From Roseibacillus sp. (lineage in GTDB: Bacteria > Verrucomicrobiota > Verrucomicrobiia > Verrucomicrobiales > Akkermansiaceae): 64,000 bases of DNA. The notes beneath the pieces are model-generated. The model saw only the letters and a program-made list of their open reading frames with translations. It had not been told where the DNA came from and did no database searches. The first letter of the stretch is position 1; every line of letters begins with the position of its first letter. Where the stretch lies: positions 256,001-320,000 of the forward strand of contig CBDEUM010000030.1 in assembly GCA_965242925.1 (NCBI GenBank), written 5' to 3'. The position numbers and the translations under genes were made by a program. Below are positions 22,096 through 32,886 of the stretch, in pieces.

Positions 22096-23166
22096 GTGTC
22101 CCTCGACGAGATCCGTAAACGTATCGACACGATCGATAAGCAGCTGCTTGATCTTCTCTCGCAGCGAGCTGATCTCGTGCACGAAGTCGGCCTCATCAAG
22201 AAGCGCGACGGTCTCCAGATTTATGCGCCCGACCGTGAGGAGGCCCTGTTGCGGAAACTCGTGGAAATGAACGAGGGGCGACTCCCGGAAAAATCCATCC
22301 GCTCCATCTACCGGGAAATCATGTCGGCGGCCCTTGCACTGGAGGAGGATCTCAAGATCGCCTACCTGGGCCCGGAGGGCACCTGGACTCACCAGGCCGC
22401 CATCAAGAAGTTCGGGCACTCGGTAAACTACACTCCTCATGCGAGTTTCTCCGACGTCTTCGACGATGTCGCCCGCCGCCGGGCCGATTATGGCGTGGTC
22501 CCCATTGAGAATTCCACCGAGGGCGCGGTCTCCCACACGCTCGACCTCTTCGTTGATTCGCCCCTGCGAATATGCGCCCAGATCCTCCTTCGCATCGACA
22601 ACAACCTGCTCGCCACTATCACCCGGGAGGAGGTTCGCACCCTCTATTCCCATCCCCAGGTCTTCGGTCAGTGTAAGAACTGGATTCTGCGAAATCTCCC
22701 CGAGGCGGATCTTGTGGAAGTCTCTTCCACCACCAAGGCCGCCCATCTCGCCCACGAAAACGCCGCTGAGGGTGCTGCTGCTCTCGGAGGGCGTCTCGCT
22801 GCCGAGCTGGCCGGGCTCAAGGTTCTCGACGAGGCCATCCAGGACCGGGCAACCAACACGACCCGTTTCCTGGTCATCGGCGAAAAGACCTGCCCGTCCA
22901 CCGGCAACGATCGCACCTCCATCCTCTTCTCGGTCCACGACCGCCCCGGATCACTCGTCGCAGCCCTCAAAGCCTTCGATTCCTTCGAGATCAATATGTC
23001 CAAGATCGAATCCCGGCCCTCAAAACAAAAGGACTGGGAATATATTTTCTACGTCGACCTCGCTGGTCACTGCGAAAACGGACAGGTGTCCTCCGCTCTG
23101 GAGGAACTCGAAAAACACTGTTCCCTGGTCAAACTACTCGGCAGCTATCCCGACAGCGCTGAATAA
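22096..23166 (+). CDS. pheA: Chorismate mutase/prephenate dehydratase
   Basis: CM domain (IRKRIDTID), AYLGPEGT, VVPIENSTEG, NTTRF, ACT domain KIESRP. Confidence 0.96.
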   Translation: MSLDEIRKRIDTIDKQLLDLLSQRADLVHEVGLIKKRDGLQIYAPDREEALLRKLVEMNEGRLPEKSIRSIYREIMSAALALEEDLKIAYLGPEGTWTHQAAIKKFGHSVNYTPHASFSDVFDDVARRRADYGVVPIENSTEGAVSHTLDLFVDSPLRICAQILLRIDNNLLATITREEVRTLYSHPQVFGQCKNWILRNLPEADLVEVSSTTKAAHLAHENAAEGAAALGGRLAAELAGLKVLDEAIQDRATNTTRFLVIGEKTCPSTGNDRTSILFSVHDRPGSLVAALKAFDSFEINMSKIESRPSKQKDWEYIFYVDLAGHCENGQVSSALEELEKHCSLVKLLGSYPDSAE

Positions 23167-23639
23167 CAACCAGGCATCAGAACCTTACCGAGTCTGCCGG
23201 AAGCGAAGCAACCATCCTGGAATCGCCACCTCAATAATACGTGGCCGTTAAAGATCGGGATTGGGCAATAAATCAGAAGCAGCGGAGATCACTTTTCCCG
23301 TATATATTCCCTTTGAAGGATTTGCGATCTCTTCGCCAACCCGGAAGCCAGTCGAGCCCTGAGCTTGGGCCTGAGCACTTTCGATATTTCCTAATTCTCT
23401 CATCGTAGGTCGTTTGCCTATCGGCCTGATCAGGTTAAGGGAAGTGGAACAATCTGGTTTCCTGAATTTGCTTCGAGATTGGCAGTTATCCAACAGGAAA
23501 GGCTTTCCCATAGTTGTTCTTGTGAATTTTTATAAGAAAGGGGATGTCTTTCTCCGTTCGAACTGATCAGCAAACAAAACATCGCCCTTTTCCTGCCTTC
23601 TGGAAGCACCCTGACAACTGCTGCGGTTCACCCCCAGAT

Positions 23640-23682
23640 ACCCCCTGATCGGAAGCGGAGACCGGTCGGGGGGTTGCCTTTT
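23640..23682 (+). terminator. Intrinsic terminator-like hairpin
   Basis: ACCCCCTGATCGG-N9-CCGGTCGGGGGGT 13-bp stem (G.U on plus strand) followed by TGCCTTTT. Confidence 0.5.
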
Positions 23683-23693
23683 ACACTCCACCT

Positions 23694-25421
23694 CTAGGGC
23701 TCCAGAGGTTCAGGCCGCAACTTACCGTGATTGTATACTGCTGTTACCTCATCCGGATTCAATCGGCGCGGGAAGATCATGATTTCGTCGAGTGCTCCAG
23801 CAAGGTAACTTACAGTTCGACCTGCCTGAAAACGACCGAAGATGAGGGGTGCCCCATCAAAGTCCACCCGTCCCTCGAAGTGGATCTGCGAGACAGGCTT
23901 CCCATCGAGGTACAGAACGGAGAGCCTGGAGGTGGTATCGAAGGTGAAGGCGATATGGAACCACTGTCCGGAAAAATTCGTGGACATGACGTGGCTTAGT
24001 GGCACGGGCTTCCCTCCCCAGAAATCCTGCCGTAACTCGCGCTCGATGAAGATGAGATGGAAATACTGTCCCTCCTGTTCCGCCTTTCGTTGCCCGACGA
24101 GGCCCTGAACCCCTTCCAGTTCCGCGCGCACCCAGAGGGCAATCGTGAAACTGGAACTGGAGAGTGGCAGCGTTCCAGCCGGGACTTCAATCATGTCATC
24201 CACCCCGTCAAACAGCACTCCCATGCCACGTCGGCCCTGCGTGGATTGCACCCCGTGCAAGGTAGCGTTGATACCGTTGCCACTCTGATCGGAAACGCTT
24301 TCGCCATCAGCAACATCCTCAAAGGAGTAGTAGAGTGCCGAACCAGTCGGAAGAACCACGTCGGGAGATGCCGGGACCTCCTCCTCCGGGACTGGCTCCT
24401 TCGCTGCAACTGGCTCCTTCGCTGCAACTGGATCCTCCGCGACAACTGGAAGCTCCCCGGAGTTCTCCGTAGTCGCGTTTCTCAGGACTCCAATTGCAAT
24501 CAAGACGGTTCCGATCAACACCACCGCCGCTCCGCACAACGCCAGCATCGGCCCAAGGTGCTTCCTCCGTAAAAAGCGGAGCACCTCCAGTTCACGCGGC
24601 TGGGAAGCCGCAAACTCAAAATCTCGCTTGAACTCCGTGCAATCGTTGTAGCGGTTGTCGCGGTTGCGCTGCATGGCCTTGGCCAGCACCAGGTCGAAGC
24701 GTCCCTGCAATCCGGGATGGACTTCCCCGGGTGGCCGATAGTCCCCGCTGGGTCTCGTTCCGGTGAGCCCCTCGTAAGCCAGGACTCCCAGGGCAAAGAT
24801 GTCTGCGCGATGGTCAATCTCCACGTTCAAGTCCAGCATTTCCGGCGGAGCGTATTCGGGGGTGAGAAAGCGAGCCTCGTTCTGACTGCGCAGGTGATCC
24901 GGACCGCCCTGCGTCGCGCGGGCAAGGCCGAAGTCCATGAGTTTCACCACTCCCTCGCTATTCCACATGATATTCTCTGGCTTGACATCACGATGCACGA
25001 TGCCGTGGCGGTGAGCATACGCGAGGCCGTCACACGCCTGACAAACCAGGGCCACGGCCTCTTCCTCAGTCAGTGGTCCGGACTGAAACCGCGAGTGGAG
25101 AGTTGGTCCGTCGATCCACTCCAGAGCCATCCATAACAATCCGCCGGTCTCTCCAAAGTCGTAGAGTTGGGCAAGATTCGAATGATTGAGGCGCGCCATC
25201 GCCTTGGCCTCAAGCGAGAAACGGCTACGGAAATCCGACTCGCCCATATCGTATGGCAGGATCTTGAGGGCAACCTGCCGCTCAAGGTGACGCTGCACCG
25301 CGTAGTAGACCGCACCCATGCCGCCCCGCGCCACAAACCGCTGGACATCCAGCTGGGGCAGAACCTTCGTCAGTTCCTCGGGTGAAGGAACATCGAATTC
25401 AGGAAGAGGGGTGAGAGCCAT
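23694..25421 (-). CDS. Hanks-type Ser/Thr kinase with TM and extracytoplasmic LamG-like domain
   Basis: RGGMGAVY, VALK, HRDVKPEN, DFGLA, TPEYAPPE; TM; LamG-like FTIALWV...WFHIAFTFD...LYLDG...GALDEIMIF. Confidence 0.92.
   Translation of the reverse strand: MALTPLPEFDVPSPEELTKVLPQLDVQRFVARGGMGAVYYAVQRHLERQVALKILPYDMGESDFRSRFSLEAKAMARLNHSNLAQLYDFGETGGLLWMALEWIDGPTLHSRFQSGPLTEEEAVALVCQACDGLAYAHRHGIVHRDVKPENIMWNSEGVVKLMDFGLARATQGGPDHLRSQNEARFLTPEYAPPEMLDLNVEIDHRADIFALGVLAYEGLTGTRPSGDYRPPGEVHPGLQGRFDLVLAKAMQRNRDNRYNDCTEFKRDFEFAASQPRELEVLRFLRRKHLGPMLALCGAAVVLIGTVLIAIGVLRNATTENSGELPVVAEDPVAAKEPVAAKEPVPEEEVPASPDVVLPTGSALYYSFEDVADGESVSDQSGNGINATLHGVQSTQGRRGMGVLFDGVDDMIEVPAGTLPLSSSSFTIALWVRAELEGVQGLVGQRKAEQEGQYFHLIFIERELRQDFWGGKPVPLSHVMSTNFSGQWFHIAFTFDTTSRLSVLYLDGKPVSQIHFEGRVDFDGAPLIFGRFQAGRTVSYLAGALDEIMIFPRRLNPDEVTAVYNHGKLRPEPLEP
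24392..24450 (-). repeat. Short 18-bp coding tandem repeat (PVAAKE) in kinase linker
   Basis: ctggctccttcgctgcaa x2 plus one degenerate copy. Confidence 0.7.
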
Positions 25422-25739
25422 ATACTGTGCAGATCCTGCTCAATCACTTGTCCACGGACGTTTCTTCCAGGATCTCGATTCCAAGCGCACGATTGAGGAT
25501 CGGCGATCCCCCTGCCAGTAATCTACCCCTGCCATCTCTTAGGCCTGGGCAGCATCCAATTCCCAGCAGAATTGTCCACTCGAACCAATCGAAACTGGCT
25601 GGGCTGTCCATGATCAGAGAACCTCAATAAGGACTCGCCGATTGGACTCCGGCCTTCAGGGGTCGGTGAGCACTACCCCGTGGCCTGGATTTCTGCCGCC
25701 CGCCGGGGGGCATCAGGAACACTCCTCCGGCTTCACCTG

Positions 25740-27596
25740 TTAACCCTTTCCGGGCTGCTCCAGCAGCTCCCCGAGAAGTTCCGCCATGCCTTCGGAGACC
25801 TCTCCGGCATTCACCTCTAATCCGGCTTCCAACAGGGCGTGATCAGTCAACTGCCTGGCCACCATGGTAGCCAGGTCCCGCTGACTCTCCTGCAGTGAGG
25901 ACAGCCTGCGGATGAGCGGATGGCGAACGTTGATCTCAAGTTTGGCCTTCGTTTCCGGCATCTCCTGCCCCATCGACGCCATCATCGCCCTCATCTGGGC
26001 GTTGGGCGCGTCTTCCGGAAGCAGTGCCACCATCGGATGTTTCACCAGTCGCTTACCGGCATCCACTCGCGTCACGCGATCATCGAGGGTGGAATTCAAC
26101 CATGAAACAAGCCCTTCCGTTTCCTCCTCGGAGAGCGACTCACCATCGGACTCCTCCGGCAACTCTTCCAGTTCGATTCCGGCACGATTGGCGGCCACCA
26201 GCTTCTTTCCCTTGTACTCCCGCAGCGCCTCCAGCACATACTCGTCCACCGCTTCGGTGAAAAAGGCGACCTCCAGCCCACGGGCCCGGAACCCCTCGAA
26301 GAAGGGCCCCTTCTCAAGGGCCTCCCGGCTGGATCCCACCAGGAAGTAGATTTCTTCCTGTCCCTCCTTCATGCGATCGAGGTACCCAGTCAGGGAAGTC
26401 TGTTCATCACCCTCCGTCATGGAGGATCCAAATCGGAGGAGGCCCGCCAGGAGTTCCTGGTGTGTGGGCGAAGCCACGATCCCTTCCTTCAGGAACCGGC
26501 TGAACCGGTCATGGAATTCCCGGTAGCCCTCCGGGTCGGTCCCGGACTGCTTGTCCAGAAACTTGAGGTAACGCTTGGTGAGCACCTCGTTGAGCTTCCG
26601 CACGAGAGCACTGTCCTGCATCGATTCCCGCGAGATATTGAGGGGCAGATCCTCACTGTCGATGACTCCGCGAAGGAACCGCAACCACTCGGGCAGCAAG
26701 CCTTCCGGGTGCTGGTCGATCAGCACCTTGCGACAGTAGAGCGCCACTCCGGGAGGCTGTGCTCCCAGTCCCATGCGTTCCGCATTCTCGCCCGGCACAA
26801 AGAGCAACGCATTAATGGCCAGCGGTGCATCGGCCGAGAAATGCATGGTGTAACGCGGCTCGTCCATCGCATGCGCGGTGAACTGATAGAATTCCTTGTA
26901 CTGTTCCTCACTTACATCGCTCTTCGGCTTGAGCCAGATCGCCTCCACCGTATTGACCCGTTCACCATTCAGATTGACCGGAAAGCCCACGAAGTTCGAG
27001 TAGCGCTCGATAATGCCCTTCACCCGGTGTGTCTTTGCAAACTCCTCGTGCTCCTCCTTGAGGTGCACCACGATGCGAGCTCCCCGTCGCTGGCCTTCTA
27101 CCCCATCAATGGTATAACCACTCGCCCCGTCGCTTTCCCATCGCAGGTGCTCTCCTTCCTCCCGCCACGAGTGGGTGAACACCTCCACCCGATCCGCGAC
27201 CATGTAAGAGCTGTAGAAACCGACTCCGAACTGACCGATAACATCCGGCCTTGTTCCCTCCTTCATCTTTTCCAGGAAGGCCTTCGTGCCCGAGTGCGCA
27301 ATGGTTCCGAGATTTTCCACCAGTTCCTCCCGAGTCATGCCGATCCCATAGTCCGCAATCGTGATGGTCCTGGCCGTTTCGTCGGTGGTGATATTGATCT
27401 CCAGGGGGAGATCCCCATCAAAGATCTCATTTTCAGTCAATTGCGTCAGGCGCTGCTTTTCCAATGCGTCGGAGGCGTTGGAAATCAGTTCCCTGATGAA
27501 AATTTCGCGGTCAGTGTAAAGCGAATGGATGACGATATCCAGCAACTGCCGAACTTCTGCATGAAATTCTCTGGTCTCACTCTCCGTCTTACTCAT
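25740..27596 (-). CDS. htpG: Hsp90 chaperone HtpG
   Basis: FIRELISNASDA, NLGTIAHSGT, IGQFGVGFYS, DSEDLPLNISRE. Confidence 0.97.
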   Translation of the reverse strand: MSKTESETREFHAEVRQLLDIVIHSLYTDREIFIRELISNASDALEKQRLTQLTENEIFDGDLPLEINITTDETARTITIADYGIGMTREELVENLGTIAHSGTKAFLEKMKEGTRPDVIGQFGVGFYSSYMVADRVEVFTHSWREEGEHLRWESDGASGYTIDGVEGQRRGARIVVHLKEEHEEFAKTHRVKGIIERYSNFVGFPVNLNGERVNTVEAIWLKPKSDVSEEQYKEFYQFTAHAMDEPRYTMHFSADAPLAINALLFVPGENAERMGLGAQPPGVALYCRKVLIDQHPEGLLPEWLRFLRGVIDSEDLPLNISRESMQDSALVRKLNEVLTKRYLKFLDKQSGTDPEGYREFHDRFSRFLKEGIVASPTHQELLAGLLRFGSSMTEGDEQTSLTGYLDRMKEGQEEIYFLVGSSREALEKGPFFEGFRARGLEVAFFTEAVDEYVLEALREYKGKKLVAANRAGIELEELPEESDGESLSEEETEGLVSWLNSTLDDRVTRVDAGKRLVKHPMVALLPEDAPNAQMRAMMASMGQEMPETKAKLEINVRHPLIRRLSSLQESQRDLATMVARQLTDHALLEAGLEVNAGEVSEGMAELLGELLEQPGKG

Positions 27597-27693
27597 GATG
27601 GTAATTGAAACAGCCGGGGCCTAACCCGTTACGGCCAAGCTGTCAACAGGGGCTAACCCCTCTTCCTCAACAATACTCCTTCGATACCAAACC

Positions 27694-28335
27694 ATGCCCC
27701 GCGTCTGCATCACTGCCCAAGGCAAAAACGCCCAGCCCTACCGTTTCTCCCTTGATCGAAAGGTGGTCCGTATCGGTCGCTCCACCGACAACGACATCGT
27801 CATCGATTGTCCCTCGGTCTCCTCCCACCACTGCGAGATGAAACGCATCGACGGTGGCTATATTCTTGAAGACAAGGACTCAACCAACGGAATCAAGGCA
27901 GACGATGCCCGAATGGAGATCATCGACCTTGAAAACGGCCTTGATATTCTGGTCGGCGACGCCGCCCTAGACTTTGAGTTGACCGACAAGGAAAAGGACA
28001 CTCTGTCCGAGGAGGAACACGTTCCCAAGCAGCGCGCCCCTCTTCCCAAGAAAAAGAAGGACGGGAAGGCTTCGCCCAAGCGCCCGGCCTCACCTCTTCC
28101 CTCCCTTCCTGGTTCTCCCGGTGCCGTCACTCCTCTGGTCATTACCCCGACCACCTCAGGCGCAAACTTTGCCATTACAATCGGCCTTCTCTTCCTTGCG
28201 CTGATGGCCTTCTACTTCGGCCTCGCCAGCAAGCACCAGAGCAAGTATTCCAGATCCGAGTATGAGTCCAAGGGACTCTGGGGGGACATGTGGGACAAAG
28301 GACTACCCAGGAAGAAGCCTGACTCTTCCGAGTAG
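27694..28335 (+). CDS. FHA domain membrane protein
   Basis: IGRSTDNDI, SVSSHH, DSTNG FHA motifs; C-terminal TM. Confidence 0.88.
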   Translation: MPRVCITAQGKNAQPYRFSLDRKVVRIGRSTDNDIVIDCPSVSSHHCEMKRIDGGYILEDKDSTNGIKADDARMEIIDLENGLDILVGDAALDFELTDKEKDTLSEEEHVPKQRAPLPKKKKDGKASPKRPASPLPSLPGSPGAVTPLVITPTTSGANFAITIGLLFLALMAFYFGLASKHQSKYSRSEYESKGLWGDMWDKGLPRKKPDSSE

Positions 28336-28405
28336 GACCGGTCCAATCCGGAACCTTGTTTTTCGTGACAGGCGACGGCTATTTTCCAGCTTCCATACTG
28401 CCTGG

Positions 28406-29701
28406 TCAGGGCAAGGGATCCTTGATCTGGCCCGCGCCCCGCACGCGATACTGATAGGACGTCAACTCCCGGAGAGCCATCGGACCCCGGGCGTGCAATT
28501 TGTCGGTAGAGATCCCAATCTCTGCACCGAATCCGAATTCCTCCCCATCGCTGAAACGCGTGGAAACGTTATGAAACACGCAGGCGGAGTCCACCTCACG
28601 CAGGAAACGCTCAGCACTTGCCTCATCCTTCGTCACGATGCAGTCGGTGTGCTGTGATCCGTAGTGGTTGATATGCGCTACCGCCTCCGTCCCTGAACTG
28701 ACTACCTTAATGGCCAGAATATAATCAAGGTACTCGGCGCTCCAGTCCTCTTCGCTCGCCGCCACCACCTGGTCCCCAAGGATCGCCCGCGTCTTGGGAC
28801 ACCCCCGTAACTCAACCTGCCGGGCGGCAAGGCTTTGCGCCACTGCCGGCAGGAACTCACCCGCCAGCGCCTCGTGCACAAGCAATGTTTCCAGGGCGTT
28901 GCAGACGCTCGGTTTCTGCGTCTTGGCGTCAACCGTGATCTCCCCGGCCATCACCTGATCCGCCGCTTCATCCACGAATACATGGCAGATCCCATCGTAA
29001 TGCTTGATGACCGGCATCCGTGCCTGCGAAACCACCGCCTCGATAAGACCCTTGCCGCCCCGCGGGATGATGAGATCGAGATAGCGATCCATCGAGGCCA
29101 TCTCCTTCACGCTCTCCCGATCGGCAAAGGGAATCAACTGAATGGAGTGCGGTGGGAGCCCTTCCTTTTCTCCGCCCCCCTGCAGGGCCGCTGCTATCGC
29201 CCGGTTGGAGTGAATGGCTTCTGAACCACCGCGCAGTATGGTGGCATTACCCGACTTCAGGCACAGCACCGCCGCGTCACTCGTCACATTGGGACGACTC
29301 TCATAAATGATTCCGATCACCCCGATGGGCACCCTGATCTGTTGAATACGTATTCCGTTCGGGCGGGTGCGTTCATCGAGAATCTCACCGACAGGATCTG
29401 CTAGTCCGGCCACCTGCTCCACGCCCCCCGCCACGGCCTCGAGACGAGCCTCATCGAGGCGCAGGCGATCCAGCATCGCACTGGTCAACCCGTTCGCCTC
29501 CCCCGTCGCCAGGTCCCTGGCATTTTCCTCCAGGATCCCCGCCGACTGCTCCCGCAGTTCGGCAGCCATGGACTCCAACATGGCGTTCTTCTGCCGGGTG
29601 CTCAGGATCGCCAGGCTGTGTGCCGCCGTCCGCGCCTGCCGCCCCATTGTGAAGACGGCATCATGAATTTCCTCCGGGCTCAGTTCTCCGACCGCATTCA
29701 T
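28406..29701 (-). CDS. proA: Glutamate-5-semialdehyde dehydrogenase
   Basis: IIYESRPNVT, PRGGKGLI, VCNALET, FGAEIGISTDKLHARGPM. Confidence 0.97.
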   Translation of the reverse strand: MNAVGELSPEEIHDAVFTMGRQARTAAHSLAILSTRQKNAMLESMAAELREQSAGILEENARDLATGEANGLTSAMLDRLRLDEARLEAVAGGVEQVAGLADPVGEILDERTRPNGIRIQQIRVPIGVIGIIYESRPNVTSDAAVLCLKSGNATILRGGSEAIHSNRAIAAALQGGGEKEGLPPHSIQLIPFADRESVKEMASMDRYLDLIIPRGGKGLIEAVVSQARMPVIKHYDGICHVFVDEAADQVMAGEITVDAKTQKPSVCNALETLLVHEALAGEFLPAVAQSLAARQVELRGCPKTRAILGDQVVAASEEDWSAEYLDYILAIKVVSSGTEAVAHINHYGSQHTDCIVTKDEASAERFLREVDSACVFHNVSTRFSDGEEFGFGAEIGISTDKLHARGPMALRELTSYQYRVRGAGQIKDPLP

Positions 29702-29728
29702 GGTGAGACTGCTATAAAGGGAATTCCC

Positions 29729-30493
29729 TCAGGCGCCAACCCGGAAGCGTGTCGCAACCCCATCACCTGCCACGATCTCGGTCAGGCGGTCAGGACGGCG
29801 ACCGTTGGCGATCACAGTTTCCACTCCTTCCTCCACCGCAAATTTCACTGCCTTCAGCTTGGAACTCATTCCCCCGATTGCAAATCTTCCCTTCTCCTTC
29901 TCGGCGTAGGACATCACCTCTTCAACCGAACACACTTCGCGCACAATCGCAGATGAATCCGGCGGAAACAGACCATCAACACTCGTCAGGAGAACCAGCA
30001 ACCGGGCTCCAAGCAGGGCTGCCACCCGCGCCGAAAGCATGTCGTTGTCCCCCACACTCAGTTCCTCCACTGCCACCGAGTCGTTCTCATTGATGACCGG
30101 CACGATTCCAGGCTCCGCCACAAGCCGCTCCAGCAGGTCGCAGACCCGCCACCGGTGATCCTCGATCTCAAGGTCTGCCGCGGTAAGAAGCAACTGCGCG
30201 ACGCTGACGTCAAAGCTGCGAAAGAGATTTTCGTAGGCGTGCATGAGCCGGGTTTGTCCCACCGCCGCCGCGGCCTGCCTGGTAGGCACATCGTCGGGAT
30301 ATTCCTTCAAGCCCAGGGCCGGTATCCCGGCTCCCACCGCTCCTGATGAGACCAGGACCACCCGCTGACTGTGGTCCGGCAGGTCCGCCACCGCGTTTAC
30401 AAGCCGGGCCAGGGACGCCCCGTCCAACGTGCCGTCCTCCCGGGTAAGGACCCCCGTCCCGATCTTGATCACAATGATGTCCTGCTTTGGCAT
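29729..30493 (-). CDS. proB: Glutamate 5-kinase (no PUA domain)
   Basis: VIKIGT, VSSGAVGAG, AAAAVGQ, INENDSV, GDNDMLSA, GGMSSKL. Confidence 0.95.
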   Translation of the reverse strand: MPKQDIIVIKIGTGVLTREDGTLDGASLARLVNAVADLPDHSQRVVLVSSGAVGAGIPALGLKEYPDDVPTRQAAAAVGQTRLMHAYENLFRSFDVSVAQLLLTAADLEIEDHRWRVCDLLERLVAEPGIVPVINENDSVAVEELSVGDNDMLSARVAALLGARLLVLLTSVDGLFPPDSSAIVREVCSVEEVMSYAEKEKGRFAIGGMSSKLKAVKFAVEEGVETVIANGRRPDRLTEIVAGDGVATRFRVGA

Positions 30494-30558
30494 CTTCAGG
30501 ATTCCCCCGTTCGTCTGGATTCTGAGTGAAGGTCCTTCCCGTCCAAGGCAAAACATCC

Positions 30559-32313
30559 TCACATGCGTTCGGGCACTGCAATCCCGAGCAGGTCCAATCC
30601 TTTCCGTAGAACGCACGCCGTCAATTCACAGAGGACGAGGCGCGTATTCCTTACCGATCCTTCCGACTTGAGAACCGGGCAGGCCTGAAAGAAGGAATGA
30701 TAGGCCCGCGCCAACTCCAGGAGATAACTTGCCAGCAGGTTCGGTCGGAATCCCTCCAGCACCACCGGCACCACCTCGCCGAAACGCGTCAGCATGCGGG
30801 CAAGATGGATTTCCCTCTCATCGCTCAGTTCGAGCCCCTCACCATCGAGAACAACCTCTTCCCCCAGTTTCCCAAAGATTGAGCGACAACGCACATAGCT
30901 GTACTGCAGGTAGGGTGCCGTATCCCCTTCCATGGAAACCATTTTCTCCAGATCGAAGATGTAATCCGAGCTCCGGTGATGAGAGAGCTCCATGAACTTG
31001 ACGGCACTGATTCCGATCAACTCTGCCAAGGCTTTCCGCTCCCCTTCATCCTCCACCCGCGAACGCCCTTCCGAGCTCTCCCGCGCAACCTGGATGGCAT
31101 CGTCCAGCAGGTCGCTCAGCAGGGGCAAGTCCCCCGCCCGCGTCTTGAGTGGCTTGCCGTCCTTACCAAGGATCGTCCCGAAGGAGATATGCTCCAGTTG
31201 AATCTCCCGTCCGCGGCGCGCCGCCACCGCAAAAAGTTGCTTGAAATGATCACCCTGCCGGTGATCCACCACATACCAGGCACAATCGGCCTGCAACTCC
31301 TCCACCCGGTAATCGATGGTGGCGATATCGGTGGTGGCGTAGTTAAAGCCCCCGTCGCTCTTACGGACGATCATGGGTTTGTCCTCCCATCTGCCTTCCT
31401 TCTGGATCCTGAAGGGATCCTTCCCCGGATCGACTGAGTTGTCCGAGAAGACACAAACCGCCCCATCGCTCTCCCGCGCCAGACCGGCCTCGAGCAGGTC
31501 CTCCACCACGCCAGGCAGGCGCTTATGGTAGGAACTCTCCCCCAACCAGTGATCAAAGCTCACCTCAAGGTGATCGTATATCAGTTGCAGTCCCTCCCGC
31601 GACAGACCCACACACTCCTTCCAGATCGCGAGGTTGTTCTCGTCACCCTGCTGGAGCGCGACCAGTTCCTGGCGACACTCCTCCTTCACGGACTCGTCCT
31701 CCGCGCACCTGCTGTTGGCGGTTCGATAGAGACGCAACAGTTCATTGAGCGAATCGTCCTCCAGCGCGGAGCGATCGAGTTCCCTCTTCCAGGCCCAGAT
31801 TACCATCCCGAACTGCGTGCCCCAGTCCCCGATGTGATTGTCGGTGATCACCTCGTGTCCGAGAAAGCGCCCAATTCGCGCCAGGGAGTCTCCAATAAAG
31901 GTGGATCGGAGGTGTCCCACATGCATCGGTTTGGCCACATTTGGAGCACTGAAATCAATTACGATGCGGTGTGGGGTTCGCACCCGCGCCACACCCAGTC
32001 GATCATCTTCCAGCAGATCCCCGAGGCACCCTGCAAAAGCCTCCGCCCTGACCCGGAAGTTCATGAAGCCCGGCCCGGCAATCTCGACCTCGGCCAGATC
32101 CGACACCTCGGTAACCTCCGCCAGCGCCTCTGCGAGGGAACGGGGGCTCTGTTTCACCACCTTGGCAAGAACCATGGCAGCATTCGACTGGTAGTCACCA
32201 AAACGCAGATCTGCGGCCTGCGTGACGTCCACCTTCTCCAATTCTTCCCCTCTAATCCCGCAAGCCGCACATCCCGCCCTCAGGCGCTCCTTGAGTATCT
32301 CAACAAGTGTCAT
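30559..32313 (-). CDS. argS: Arginine-tRNA ligase
   Basis: FGDYQSN, DFSAPNVAKPMHVGHLRS, NHIGDWGTQFG, YLQYSYVR. Confidence 0.97.
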   Translation of the reverse strand: MTLVEILKERLRAGCAACGIRGEELEKVDVTQAADLRFGDYQSNAAMVLAKVVKQSPRSLAEALAEVTEVSDLAEVEIAGPGFMNFRVRAEAFAGCLGDLLEDDRLGVARVRTPHRIVIDFSAPNVAKPMHVGHLRSTFIGDSLARIGRFLGHEVITDNHIGDWGTQFGMVIWAWKRELDRSALEDDSLNELLRLYRTANSRCAEDESVKEECRQELVALQQGDENNLAIWKECVGLSREGLQLIYDHLEVSFDHWLGESSYHKRLPGVVEDLLEAGLARESDGAVCVFSDNSVDPGKDPFRIQKEGRWEDKPMIVRKSDGGFNYATTDIATIDYRVEELQADCAWYVVDHRQGDHFKQLFAVAARRGREIQLEHISFGTILGKDGKPLKTRAGDLPLLSDLLDDAIQVARESSEGRSRVEDEGERKALAELIGISAVKFMELSHHRSSDYIFDLEKMVSMEGDTAPYLQYSYVRCRSIFGKLGEEVVLDGEGLELSDEREIHLARMLTRFGEVVPVVLEGFRPNLLASYLLELARAYHSFFQACPVLKSEGSVRNTRLVLCELTACVLRKGLDLLGIAVPERM

Positions 32314-32415
32314 CTTTGATGCAATGCGCTCCACGCTTGATTGAAATTGCGAGATCGTTAGCTCTCAGGACATGGACCCGCTAACATTTCGGCATCCAAA
32401 AGCGGAGCCTAGAAT

Positions 32416-32886
32416 TCAGCCAACCTTCTCCTCACACTTCTCCAGGGTCCGCATGAGATCGTCCGCGGTCAATGCTTCGGACATCTTCTTCCGGACTTCG
32501 CATTGCGAAAAGAGCCCGGCGATCGATGCGAGGGTCTGCAAGTGTGCATGTGGTTGATTCTTGGGCACGATCAGGAGAATAACAAAATGGACCGGAGCAT
32601 TGTCGCAGGCCTCGAAACCGACTCCCCCCGGGGACCGTCCCAGTGCCGCCACCGGCTCCTCCACCCACTCACAATAACAATGGGGGATTGCCACCCCATG
32701 ACCGATCCCGGTGCTCACCTGCTCCTCCCTGGCATGCAGTGCTCCCAGAACATCAACCCGCCGTCCGGATTCAACGCAGCCGATCGAGATGAGATGATCC
32801 ACCAGTTCGCCGAGCGCATCCCAGTGCGTTTCCGAGACCATCTCCGGCAGGATGCGGCGCTCCGAAAGAAGCGAAACAAGTTTCAT
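32416..32886 (-). CDS. PTS EIIA (Ntr/fructose-type) protein
   Basis: REEQVSTGIGHGVAIPH with phospho-His; DNAPVHFVILL. Confidence 0.88.
   Translation of the reverse strand: MKLVSLLSERRILPEMVSETHWDALGELVDHLISIGCVESGRRVDVLGALHAREEQVSTGIGHGVAIPHCYCEWVEEPVAALGRSPGGVGFEACDNAPVHFVILLIVPKNQPHAHLQTLASIAGLFSQCEVRKKMSEALTADDLMRTLEKCEEKVG

Noticed and set aside
27597..27693. CIRCE element upstream of htpG
   Set aside because: No TTAGCACTC-N9-GAGTGCTAA; only a short GGGGC(C)TAACCC duplication
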